Shown here: positions 46,360-58,457 of the stretch, one piece after another
Layout: every line of letters begins with the position of its first letter
Position numbering within the stretch: position 1 is the first letter of the stretch
NCBI RefSeq assembly: GCF_032444005.1
Contig: NC_091291.1
Span: 13,578,001 to 13,642,000, forward strand
DNA: 64,000 nucleotides
Source of the DNA: Ranitomeya imitator
Lineage: Eukaryota
Direction: 5' to 3'
Notes under the pieces: generated by a model
Told to the model about the DNA's origin: nothing
The model's input: the letters and a program-made list of their open reading frames with translations, nothing else
Databases searched by the model: none
Made by a program: the position numbers and the translations under genes

Positions 46360-48720
46360 TTGTGGGGTTTCCACTGTTTAGGCACATCAGGGGCTCTCCA
46401 AACGCGACATGGCGTCCGATCTCAATTCCAGCCAATTCTGCGTTGAAAAAGTAAAACAGTGCTCCTTCCCTTCTGAGCTCTCCCGTGTGCCCAAACAGGG
46501 GTTTACCCCAACATATGGAGTATCAGCGTACTCAGGACAAATAGGACAACAACTTTTGGGGTCCAATTTCTCCTGTTACCCTTGGGAAAATACAAAACTG
46601 GGGGCTAAAAAATAATTTTTGTGGGAAAAAAAAAGATTTTTTTATTTTCACGGCTCTGCGTTATAAACTGTAGTGAAACACTTGGGGGTTCAAAGTTCTC
46701 ACAACACATCTAGATTAGTTCCCTGGGGGGTCTAGTTTCCAATATGGGGTCACTTGTGGGGGGTTTCTACTGTTTAGGTACATTAGGGGTTCTGCAAACG
46801 CAATGTGACGCCTGCAGACCATTCCATCTAAGTCTGCATTCCAAATGGCGCTCCTTCCCTTCCGAGCTCTACCATGCGCTCAAACCGTGGTTCCCCCCAA
46901 CATACGGGGTATCAGCGTACTCAGGACAAATTGGACAACAACTTCTGGGGTCGAATTTCTCCTCTTACCCACGGGAAAATACAAAACTGGGGGCTAAAAA
47001 ATAATTTTGGGGGGAAAGATTTTTTTTTTAAATTTTCACGGCTCTGCGTTACAAACTGTAGTGAAACACTTGGGGGTTCAAAGCTATCACAACACATCTA
47101 GATGAGTTCCTTAGGGTGTCTAGTTTCCAATATGGGGTCATTTGTGGGAGGTTTCTACTGTTTAGGTATATTAGGGGCTCTGCAAATGCAATGTGACACC
47201 TGCAGACCATTCCATCTAAGTCCTCATTCCAAATGGAGCTCCTTCCCTTCCGAGCCCTCCCATGCGCCCAAACAGTGGTTCCCCCCCACATATGGGGTAT
47301 CAGCGCACTCAGGACAAATTGGACAACAAATTGTGGGGTCCAATTCCTCCTGTTACCCTCGGGAAAATACAAAACTGGGGGCTAAAAAATAATTTTTGTG
47401 GGAAAAAATTTTTGTTTTATTTTTACGGCTCTCCATTATAAACTTCTGTGAAGCCCTTGGTGGGTCAAAGCGCTCAGCACACATCTCGATAAGTTCCTAA
47501 GGGGGTCTACTTTCCAAAATGGTCACTTGTGGGGGGTTTCTACTGTTTAGGTACATTAGGGGCTCTGCAAACGCAATGTGACACCTGCAGACCATTCCAT
47601 CTAAGTCTGCATTCAAATGGCACTCCTTCCCTTTCAAGCCCTCCCATGTGCCCAAACAGTGGTTCCCCCCACATATGGTGTATCATCGCACTCAGGACAA
47701 ATTGGACAACAAATTTTGGGGTCCAGTTTCTCCTGTTACCCTCGGGAAAATACAAAACTGGGGGCTAAAAAAATAATTTTTGTGGGAAAAAAATTTTGTT
47801 TTATTTTTACGGCTCTGCATTATAAACTTCTGTGAAGCTCTTGGTGGGTCAAAGTGCTCACCACACCTCTAGATAAGTTCTCCTTAGGGGGTCTACTTTC
47901 CAAAATGGTGTCATTTGTGGGGGGTTTCAATGTTTAGGCACATCAGTGGCTCTTCAAACGCAACATGGCGTCCCATCTCAATTCCTGTCAATTTTGCATT
48001 GAAAAGTCAATCGGCGCTCCTTCCCTTCCGAGCTCTCCCATCCGCCCAAACAGTGGTTTACCCCCACATATGGGCTATCAGCGTACTCAGGACAAATTGT
48101 ACAACAACTTTTGGGGTCCAATTTCTTCTCTTACCCTTGGGAAAATAAAAAATTGGTGGCGAAAAGATAATTTTTGTGAAAAAATATGATTTTTTATTTT
48201 TACGGATCTACATTATAAACTTCTGTGAAGCACTTGGTGGGTCAAAGTGCTCACCACACCTCTATATAAGTTCCTTAGGGGGTCTACTTTCCAAAATGGT
48301 GTCACTTGTGGGGGGTTTCAATGTTTAGGCACATCAGGGGCTCTCCAAACGAAACATGGCATCCCATCTCAATTCCAGTCAATTTTGCATTGAAAAGTCA
48401 AATGGCGCTCCTTCGCTTCCGAGCTCTGCCATGCGCCCAAACAGTGGTTTACCCCCACATGTGGGGTATTGGCGTACTCAGGACAAATTGTACAACAATG
48501 TTTGGGGTCCATTTTCTCCTGTTACCCTTGGTAAAATAAAACAAATTGGAGCTGAATTAAATTTTTTGTGAAAAAAAGTTAAATGTTCATTTTTATTTAA
48601 ACATTCAAAAAATTCCTGTGAAGCACCAGAAGGGTTAATAAACTTCTTGAATATGGTTTTGAGCACCTTGAGGGGTGTAGTTTTTAGAATGGTGTCACAC
48701 TTGGGTATTTTCTATCATAT
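46360..48720. repeat. Six tandem units of 383-395 bp
   Basis: Anchor motif caggacaaat with GG at 46535, 46924, 47312, 47695, 48090 and 48481. Confidence 0.9.
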
Positions 48721-49384
48721 AGACCCCTCAAAATGACTTCAAATGAGATGTGGTCCCTAAAAAAAAATGGTGTTGTAGAAATGAGAAATTGCTGGTCAAC
48801 TTTTAACCCTTATAACTCCCTAACAAAAAAAAATTTTGGTTCCAAAATTGTGCTGATGTAAAGTAGACATGTGGGAAATGTTGCTTATTAAGTATTTTGT
48901 GTGACATATCTCTGTGATTTAATTGCATAAAAATTCAAAGTTGGAAAATTGCGAAATTTTCATAATTTTCGCCAAATTTCCATTTTTTTCACAAATAAAC
49001 GCAGGTACTATCAAAGAATTTTTACCATTGTCATGAAGTACAATATGTCACAAGAAAACAATGTCAGAATCACTGGGATCCGTTGAAGCGTTCCAGAGTT
49101 ATAACCTCATAAAGGGACAGTGGTCAGAATTGTAAAAATTGGCCCGGTCATTAACGTGCAAGGGGGTAAAGGGGGTAAAATTCTCATGAATCCTACAGGG
49201 CTTTAAATACCCCCAAGTATTAGGCTTATGCTTGATGACACGAGGGTAAACTAGTAACTCCGACAACCTGCCCCTATTTTGTGTATTATTGCCCCACAAT
49301 ATCTCATCTCTTGTCATTCCTTTACTCACATGCTGATAACTTAGTATACTGTTTCTTGCTACTTATTTGTCTAGTATATCACCC

Positions 49385-49448
49385 CTGAAAAACCTTGTGA
49401 AGGGGAAACATGGTCTATCACCCCTGAAGAACCTTGTGAAGCAGAAAC
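49385..49448 (+). ncRNA. Tandem pair of minimal hammerhead-ribozyme-like motifs (degenerate)
   Basis: CTGAAAA-A-CCTT-GTG-AAGG-G-GAAAC, then 39 nt later CTGAAGA-A-CCTT-GTG-AAGC-A-GAAAC. Confidence 0.5.
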
Positions 49449-49984
49449 ACCTTGAGTTTTGTATTGGAGTTTGTTTACTTCTAGGCAAACACCTCTTATT
49501 GATATGTGTTGCTCTATCACTTAAGCAATTTGGGCTAACACTTGGTTTGTTTACCTATGAGGTTAGCAATTTTAGGCTGTCATTTTCTATTGATTTGTGC
49601 TGCTCTATTAATTAAACAATGCAGGCTGCCATCTCGCCTGTTTTCCTATGGGTTGAAAACCTCAAATTGCTCAGCGCTCCCCGCATTTTACTAGCAGTGA
49701 ATGCCGCAGCATCACACAAGCGCTGAGCTCCTAGCAGTCGCAAAACACTGCAATCCGTGTGCTGACCAAAACCTTTATTACCATTTTGGATTGCTCTTTC
49801 TAATAAACCTCACCATTGCACTTATCTGGAGTTCCAAAATCTTGTCTATTTGTGCTTCCAGTAACATGGATGTCCCCAATATTTCCATTGACAGATGATG
49901 GACCTGAGTGAGGACTTGATTTTTGAGTTGAAGCTTTCATTGGGAATATTTAACGTAACTTTTGGGATCACATTTATCCACTAC

Positions 49985-50318
49985 TCTACGCTGAGCACTT
50001 ACATGGGGGTTTCCATCTAAATCTCTGAATGATGTGATCCAGATGAAACCCCTGAGGAATTGAATCTCTATAATGAGGCAGCAGAGTTACTCTGGCCTCT
50101 GCTTAGAATTCTTCTTCTTTTCAGAGGTACACAAAACTGTGGACGACTCTGCTTTTATGCACAGTTAAAAAGATGGACACCGCCGGATAATAGACAGCCA
50201 AACTGCGGCCAGTGTCTCCATCTGCCTCATTATAGGGATTCTTCCATTGGGGATTGCTGTCTGAATCATGTATTTCAGAGATTTACATGGAAACCCAGGT
50301 GTAAGTGCTCAGCGTAGA
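49985..50318. mobile_element. Palindromic MITE
   Basis: Inverted ends ctctacgctgagcacttac / gtaagtgctcagcgtagag with further inverted sequence inside. Confidence 0.75.
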
Positions 50319-50776
50319 GCGCAGGATAAATCTAAGCCGATACATTTTATTATTTATAAATCACAAAACCAGATAGACAAAGCTATACGCGAAACAAGCA
50401 TTGGGCTACTGGGCAGTGTGGTTCAAATTACTATGGCACATGGTGTGTATTGTTATTGGTTCTAAATATATTCACATTGATTTACATATGGTTGCTCATT
50501 GTGAACAGGGGGACTGTGATTCTTGAGACGCATCAACAAATATTTCTGCTATCATGGCATAATCATCTTGACTCCTCTTTAAATGTATGTTTGTGACCCA
50601 GTGATAGTACTTTGACTACATTGCATAGTTATGTGATGTATTTTGTAATTTTTTTTTTCACTTATGCTGGTACTGTAAAATACACAATGGGCAATGTCAT
50701 ATGAATGCTTATTAATTTTGACTTTTGAACCACACAGCCCCAAACAGTTTCTAAAGGGTTTTAGGGGCTGGTTTAC

Positions 50777-51595
50777 TGTTATGACCTGGTGGTAAGGACA
50801 ATAATGGACCTGGTGGTTAAGAGCACACGGAATGACCTGATAGTTACTGATAATATAGGACGAGCTCTGAGACGTGGGAACTCTGCTGACCGCAATCCCT
50901 AATCCTATCACACACACTAGAAATAGCCGTGGATTGCTCCTAACGCTCCCTATGCAACTCGACACAGCCTAAGGAACTAGCTAGCCCTGAAGATAGAAAA
51001 ATAAACCTACCTTGCCTCAGAGAAATTCCCCAAAGGAAAAGGCAGCCCCCACATATAATGACTGTGAGTAAAGATGAAAATACAAACACAGAGATGAAAT
51101 AGATTTAGCAAAGTGAGGCCCGACTTACTGAACAGACTGAGGATAGGAAAGGTAACTTTGCGGTCAGCACAAAAAACTACAAAAAGACCACGCAGAGGGC
51201 GCAAAAGACCCTCCGCACCGACTCACGGTGCGGAGGTGCTCCCTCTGCGTCCCAGAGCTTCCAGCAAGCAAGACAAAAATCAAAATAGCAAGCTGGACAG
51301 AAGAATAGCAAACTAAAGAAAAACAAGCAGGAACTTAGCTTCTGCTGGGAAGACAGGTCACAAGAACGATCCAGGAGTGAACTAGACCAATACTGGAACA
51401 TTGACAGGTGGCATGGAGCAATGATCTAAGTGGAGTTAAATAGAGCAGCCAGCTAACGAATTAACCTCGTCACCTGTGGAAGGAACCTCAGAAGCAGCAG
51501 CTCCACCCACAACCACCAGAGGAAGCCCATGGACAGAACCAGCCGAAGTACCATTCATGACCACAGGAGGGAGCTTGACAACAGAATTCACAACA
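50777..51595 (-). mobile_element. Solo LTR, sister lineage of family B (819 bp)
   Basis: Plus-strand TGTTATG...CACAACA; 6-bp TSD GTTTAC; long blocks shared with the 37729 LTR (ataggacgagctctgagacgtgg, cctgaagatagaaa, aagtgaggcccga). Confidence 0.93.
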
Positions 51596-52436
51596 GTTTA
51601 CATTTTGTCTGTCTGGTTGTATGATTTACAAATAATAAAATTTATTGTTGTAATTGAAAACTGTTGTGTACGTATATACTTTTTTTTTTTACTACTCTAT
51701 AGATGGTGGTATTAGTGTGAACATGATCTAATATTGGGTACCTCCACATAAATTTATACTTTTGTAACTAATGGAAATGGGTCTGTATATCTTTACATTA
51801 ATAAAATTGCGCCAAACCTTACTGCGATCTTTGAGAGGCAGAATGAACAAATCAACAGCAGGTCAAGAATTGGTTTTATTTATTTTTTACGCTGTTCCTC
51901 ACGCCGTATAAGTGACTAGGCAACTTTATTCATTGGGTCTGTGTGATTACAGAGATGCCAAATTTATATTTGGTTTTTATGTTTGGCAGCTGTCACACAG
52001 TAAAACACGCTTTATTTTTGCACATTGCCTTATTTTAAGAGCTATACTTTTTCCATATTTCTGCCGACAGAGTCATGTGAGGGCTTGTTTATTGCAGGAC
52101 GAGCTGACATTTTTATTGGTACCATTTTTGGGCACATGACATTTTTTTGCCGCTTTTACAAAACAAAAACTAATTTGTAGAAAAAATAATTGTTTTTGCA
52201 TCACTATATTCTGAGAGCTGTAACTTTTTTATTTCTCTTCTGATGGAGCTGTATGGTGGCTTTTTGCAGAACAAGATGTTGTTTTCAGCTATACCATTTT
52301 TGTTTCCATTCAACTTTTTGATGCCGTTTTGTTCCACTTTTTGTTTGGCAGCATGACGAAAAACATAGTTTTTTGACATTTTTCTTATGGTGTTCACTGA
52401 AGGGGGTTAACTAGTGTGACAGTTTTATAAGGTGGG

Positions 52437-53356
52437 TGTTAGACACCAGGATTCTCCCGCAGCACAGGGTAGATTCCAAGCCTTGTCTGCCATTCAGGCT
52501 TGGCCACGGCAGGTGCTGCTCAGCATAGACGTTGGTTCCAGCGTCTATCTCAGGCTCGTGGTATATGGTTGGTTACTTCAGGCTCTCCAGCCAAGGCCTT
52601 TGTAACCAGTGTTATACAGGAGCAGTCTGACATTCTGGAGCCTAAGTCCAAAAATCACCTTACTGAGTATGTCCGTGAGGTGGCGTCTTCCCATTGGTGG
52701 ATGGACGTCAACTGCTCTGGTGATGTGGCAGATCTGGATTGGACCACGGGCAAGGTCCTGTCTGACTGGACATGAGTCTAGGGTACAAAAGGCTCTCAGG
52801 GGCCCACGCCAGTGCGCTAGTATCATTTATGTGTGGTTGTAGCCAGTGGATACGCTACCACTCTGTCTGTATGTGTTGTGTCTCTGTCTAGCCTTGGGAC
52901 TGTACATGTAGGCAGGTGGGGCAATTAGCTGCTTGGCTTAGCATATGTTACCTACATGTGTGCGGTAAGCACAGAAGAGTCTCAGAGCAAGCACAATCCT
53001 AGTCAGGGTATTAAGCTCAGAGTATCTGTTCCGTTTCTGTGTGCGAGTGACACAACTCAGTTGCAGAGCATCTCTTTCATTTCTGTGTGCGAGCGACTCA
53101 GCTCAGTTGCAGAGCATCTCTTTCGTTTCTGTGTGCGAGTGACACAGATCAGTTGCAGAGCATCTCTTTTGCTTCTGTGCGCGAGTGACACAGCTCAGTT
53201 GCAGAGCCTCTGTTTCATTTGTGTGTACGGGTGATCGTTCGCCGTGTGTTCCATCATTATTCACTAGCAGCAGTTTTCCATCTCTGCACGGTGGACCCCG
53301 GGTTGTGATTACGCTCTATTATTTATTTTATTTAGCGCAATCCGACAACCCCAACA
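52437..53356 (+). mobile_element. Solo LTR, sister lineage of family A (920 bp)
   Basis: TGTTAG...CCAACA; 5-bp TSD GTGGG; shares CCATCTCTGCACGGTGGACCCCGGG and GCTCAGCA..GACGT.GG..CCAGCGTCT with the 3003-3980 LTR. Confidence 0.9.
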
Positions 53357-53425
53357 GTGGGTCATTTCGGACACAGCCATACCAGATATGTTTACTTTGT
53401 ATATTTTTGCTTTTTACATAAATAT

Positions 53426-56400
53426 CAGTGATGGGTGAACGTGCTCGGCACTACTCGATACTTGATGGAGCATTTGGATGCTCGATTGAGTATCGAGCAG
53501 TGTCAAGTATCACGTAGTGCTCAAGTCACTGTAATAAGCTTATTTGAATAGTCTGAGCCCAGAGCAGCACTGAAACCAGGAACTCCTATGCTGGGAGCAC
53601 AGGGACTCCTCAGTCAGTCGGACTCTTTGTGAGGTCTCTCTCTCATATACAGTACATCACCCAAACGTACATACACCACTCTCTAGAGACCCTCCCTTGG
53701 CAGCACAGAGGATGTCAGAGGTCTTCCCATGGCAGCACAGAGGATGTCAGAGGTCTTCCCACAGCAGCACAGAGGAAGTCAGAGGCCCTGTCACAGCAGC
53801 ACGGAGGAAGTCAGAGGCCCTGTCACAGCAGCACAGAGGAAGTCAGAGGCTCTGTCACAGCAGCACAGAGGATGTCCGAGGCCCTCCCACAACAGCACAG
53901 AGGATGTCATAGGCCCTCCCACAACAGCACAGAGGATGTCATAGGCCCTCCCACAGCAGCACAGAGGAAGTCAGGGGCCCTGCCACAGCAGCACAGAGGA
54001 AGTCAGAGGCCCTGTCACAGCAGCACAGAGGAAGTCAGGGGCCCTGCCACAGCAGCACAGAGGATGTCAGAGGCCCTCCCACAACAGCACAGAGGATGTC
54101 ATAGGCCCTCCCACAACAGCACAGAGGATGTCATAGGCCCTCCCACAGCAGCACAGAGGAAGTCAGGGGCCCTGCCACAGCAGCACAGAGGAAGTCAGAG
54201 GCCCTGTCACAGCAGCACAGAGGAAGTCAGGGGCCCTGCCACAGCAGCACAGAGGATGTCAGAGGCCCTCCCACAACAGCACAGAGGATGTCATAGGCCC
54301 TCCCACAGCAGCACAGAGGAAGTCAGAGGCCCTGTCACAGCAGCACAGAGGATGTCCGAGGCCCTCCCACAGCAGCACAGAGGAAGTCAGAGGCTCTGCC
54401 ACAGCAGCACAGACGATGTCAGAGGCCCTGCCACAGCAGCACAGAGGAAGTCAGGGGCCCTGCCACAGCAGCACAGAGGAAGTCAGAGGCCCTGCCACAG
54501 CAGCACAGAGGAAGTCAGAGGCTCTGCCACAGCAGCACAGAGGATGTCAGAGGACCTCCTACAGCAGCACAGAGGATGTCATAGGCCCTCCCACAACAGC
54601 ACAGAGGATGTCATAGGCCCTCCCACAGCAGCACAGAGGAAGTCAGAGGCCCTGCCACAGCAGCACAGAGGAAGTCAGGGGCCCTGACACAGCAGCACAG
54701 AGGAAGTCAGAGGCCCTGCCACAGCAGCACAGAGGATGTCAGAGGCCCTCCCACAACAGCACAGAGGATGTCATAGGCCCTGCCACAGCAGCACAGAGGA
54801 AGTCAGAGGCCCTGTCACAGCAGCACAGAGGATGTCCGAGGCCCTCCCACAGCAGCACAGAGGAAGTCAGAGGCTCTGCCACAGCAGCACAGACGATGTC
54901 AGAGGCCCTGCCACAGCAGCACAGAGGAAGTCAGGGGCCCTGCCACAGCAGCACAGAGGAAGTCAGAGGCCCTGCCACAGCAGCACAGAGGAAGTCAGAG
55001 GCTCTGCCACAGCAGCACAGAGGATGTCAGAGGACCTCCTACAGCAGCACAGAGGATGTCATAGGCCCTCCCACAACCGCACAGAGGATGTCATAGGCCC
55101 TCCCACAGCAGCACAGAGGAAGTCAGAGGCCCTGCCACAGCAGCACAGAGGAAGTCAGGGGCCCTGCCACAGCAGCACAGAGGAAGTCAGGGGCCCTGCC
55201 ACAGCAGCACAGAGGATGTCAGAGGCCCTCCCACAACAGCACAGAGGATGTCATAGGCCCTGCCACAGCAGCACAGAGGAAGTCAGAGGCCCTGTCACAG
55301 CAGCACAGAGGAAGTCAGAGGCCCTGCCACAGCAGCACAGAGGAAGTCAGAGGCTCTGCCACAGCAGCACAGACAATGTCAGAGGCCCTGCCACAGCAGC
55401 ACAGAGGAAGTCAGGGGCCCTGCCACAGCAGCACAGAGGAAGTCAGAGGCCCTGTCACAGCAGCACAGAGGATGTCCGAGGCCCTCCCACAACAGCACAG
55501 AGGATGTCATAGGCCCTGCCACAGCAGCACAGAGGAAGTCAGAGGCCCTGTCACAGCAGCACAGAGGATGTCCGAGGACCTCCTACAGCAGCACAGAGGA
55601 TGTCAGAGGACCTCCTACAGCAGCACAGAGGATGTCAGAGGCCCTCCTACAGCAGCACAGAGAATGTCAGAGGCCCTGCCACAGCAGCACAGAGGAAGTC
55701 AGAGGACCTCCTACAGCAGCACAGAGAATGTCAGAGGACCTCCTACAGCAGCACAGAGAATGACAGAGGACCTCTTACAGCAGCACAGAGAATGTCAGAG
55801 GACCTCCTACAGCAGCACAGAGAATGACAGAGGCCCTCCTACAGCAGCGCAGAGAATGTCAGAGGACCTCCTACAGCAGCACAGAGAATGACAGAGGACC
55901 TCCTACAGCAGCACAGAGAATGACAGAGGCCCTCCTAAAGCAGCACAGAGAATGTCAGAGGCCCTCCTACAGCAGCGCAGAGAATGTCAGAGGACCTCCT
56001 ACAGCAGCACAGAGAATGACAGAGGACCTCCTACAGCAGCACAGAGAATGTCAGAGGCCCTCCTACAGCAGCACAGAGAATGACAGAGGACCTCCTACAG
56101 CAGCACAGAGAATGTCAGAGGACCTCCCACAGCAGCACAGAGAATGTCAGAGGCCCTCCTACAGCAGCACAGAGAATGACAGAGGACCTCTTACAGCAGC
56201 ACAGAGAATGTCAGAGGCCTTCCCACAGCAGCACAGAGAATGTCAGAGGACCTCCTACAGCAGCACAGAGAATGACAGAGGACCTCCTACAGCAGCACAG
56301 AGAATGTCAGAGGACCTCCTACAGCAGCACAGAGAATGACAGAGGACCTCCTACAGCAGCACAGAGAATGACAGAGGACCTCCTACAGCAGCACAGAGAA

Positions 56401-57787
56401 TGTCAGAGGCCCTCCTACAGCAGCACAGAGAATGACAGAGGACCTCGTACAGCAGCGCAGAGAATGTCAGAGGACCTCCTACAGCAGCACAGAGAATGTC
56501 AGAGGACCTCCTACAGCAGCACAGAGAATGTCAGAGGCCTTCCCACAGCAGCACAGAGAATGTCAGAGGACCTCCTACAGCAGCACAGAGAATGACAGAG
56601 GACCTCTTACAGCAGCACAGAGAATGTCAGAGGACCTCCTACAGCAGCACAGAGAATGTCAGAGGACCTCCTACAGCAGCACAGAGAATGTCAGAGGACC
56701 TCCTACAGCAGCACAGAGAATGACAGAGGACCTCCTACAGCAGCACAGAGAATGACAGAGGACCTCCTACAGCAGCACAGAGAATGTCAGAGGCCTTCCC
56801 ACAGCAGCACAGAGAATGTCAGAGGACCTCCTACAGCAGCACAGAGAATGACAGAGGACCTCCTACAGCAGCACAGAGAATGACAGAGGACCTCTTACAG
56901 CAGCACAGAGAATGACAGAGGACCTCCTACAGCAGCACAGAGAATGACAGAGGACCTCTTACAGCAGCACAGAGAATGACAGAGGACCTCCTACAGCAGC
57001 ACAGAGAATGTCAGAGGACCTCGTACAGCAGCACAGAGAATGTCAGAGGACCTCGTACAGCAGCACAGAGAATGTCAGAGGACCTCCTACAGCAGCACAG
57101 AGAATGTCAGAGGACCTCCTACAGCAGCACAGAGAATGTCAGAGGACCTCGTACAGCGGCACAGAGAATGTCAGAGGCCCTCCTACAGCAGCGCAGAGAA
57201 TGACAGAGGACCTCCTACAGCAGCACAGAGAATGTCAGAGGACCTCCTACAGCAGCACAGAGAATGACAGAGGACCTCCTACAGCAGCACAGAGAATGTC
57301 AGAGGACCTCCTACAGCAGCGCAGAGAATGTCAGAGGACCTCCTACAGCAGCACAGAGAATGTCAGAGGACCTCCTACAGCAGCGCAGAGAATGTCAGAG
57401 GACCTCCTACAGCAGCACAGAGAATGTCAGAGGACCTCGTACAGCGGCACAGAGGATGTCAGAGGACCTCGTACAGCGGCACAGAGGATGTCCGAGGCCT
57501 TCCCACAGCAGCTCATTTGAATCATCTGAGCTGCGCAGGACTGAAGTCTGGAATTCCGCTGCTGGGAGAGTCGGGATTCCTCTGTCAGCCAGACTCATTG
57601 TGAACTTTCTCTGTCTCTCTCTCTGTTTCTCCTCTCTCTCCTCGTCAATTACCGGTCTCCCGGAAAAATTCTCGAGTCCTTCATTGACTTACATCATGTT
57701 AGGCACTCAAGTTGAGCCGGTCCGAACATCCAACCTGCTCACTTCGAGTACCGAGCACTCGAGCAGCTTACTGCTCCCTCATCACTA
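53426..57787. mobile_element. Non-autonomous hAT-type element carrying a 3.8-kb satellite
   Basis: TIR CAGTGATGGG...CCTCATCACTA; 8-bp TSD ATAAATAT/ATAAATAG (7/8); ends resemble the 6891-7201 MITE family. Confidence 0.8.
53691..57512. repeat. 32-bp tandem satellite (about 119 units)
   Basis: Unit cacagcagcacagaggaagtcagaggccctgc, changing to tacagcagcacagagaatgtcagaggacctcc in the right half. Confidence 0.98.
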
Positions 57788-58424
57788 ATAAATAGACCTA
57801 TTGTAGTGCTATAATATTTTTATTTACTATTTCTTAATTTCCTTTTCATATTTTTAAATTTTTTTTTTACTTTTTAAAAACCTTTTTGCATAGTCACTTT
57901 AGTTATATTAATTTTTTATTACTCTGATTGCTGGCACTGCAATCCATCATACCTTGCAGCGCTGCACTGACAGGAAAATCTTATACCATGCTCCTCAGGT
58001 TGGGCCCATGTGTTGATGGGGCCCAAAAATGTTGTGATCCTGGGGCACGTAAGCTGAACTCCCGGCAGCAATGGAGAGGACATCACTCCGGTGCCATGAC
58101 GTACCTATACTTCATTGGTCGGGAATCCCTACCTGACCATGATGTACAGGCATGTTAAAGGTTGTGTGTAATGAATCAGGTTTATAATATAGCAATCGTG
58201 CTGTAAATGTACAAGGCAAAACAATTCACACGAATGAAAAACGTGATGTAGGAACACAAAACGTAATTTAGAAACCGAACAGCAGAATAAAAATGAATGA
58301 AAATCCCCAGAATTGAGAATGAACCACTTAATGAGCGTTCCTGGCACTATAGAGCAACACAGAAGCAAAAGTACCCATCACATAATAATTTGTGGACCAA
58401 GAATAAACCACACTGCCCATTACA

Positions 58425-58457
58425 CCCTCACGTGTTTCGCATATACCTTCATCAGGG
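58425..58457 (-). ncRNA. Minimal hammerhead-like motif in a Penelope pLTR remnant
   Basis: Minus strand CCCTGATGAAGGTATATGCGAAACACGTGAGGG: CTGATGA and GAAAC intact, cleavage triplet apparently degenerate. Confidence 0.55.

Larger units (their letters stand above)
44181..49170. mobile_element. Large non-autonomous TTAA-type (piggyBac-like) composite element
   Basis: Left end TTAA-CCCCTT; degenerate right end AGGGGGTAAA; carries GC-rich palindromes, TTAGGG-variant tracts and about 390-bp tandem units; related fragments at about 14000-14770 and 51750-52430. Confidence 0.6.

Noticed and set aside
53629-57788. Long QQHRG/TAAQR repetitive ORFs up to 352 aa
   Set aside because: Translation of a 32-bp satellite lacking stops; open in several frames, no splice or start context.
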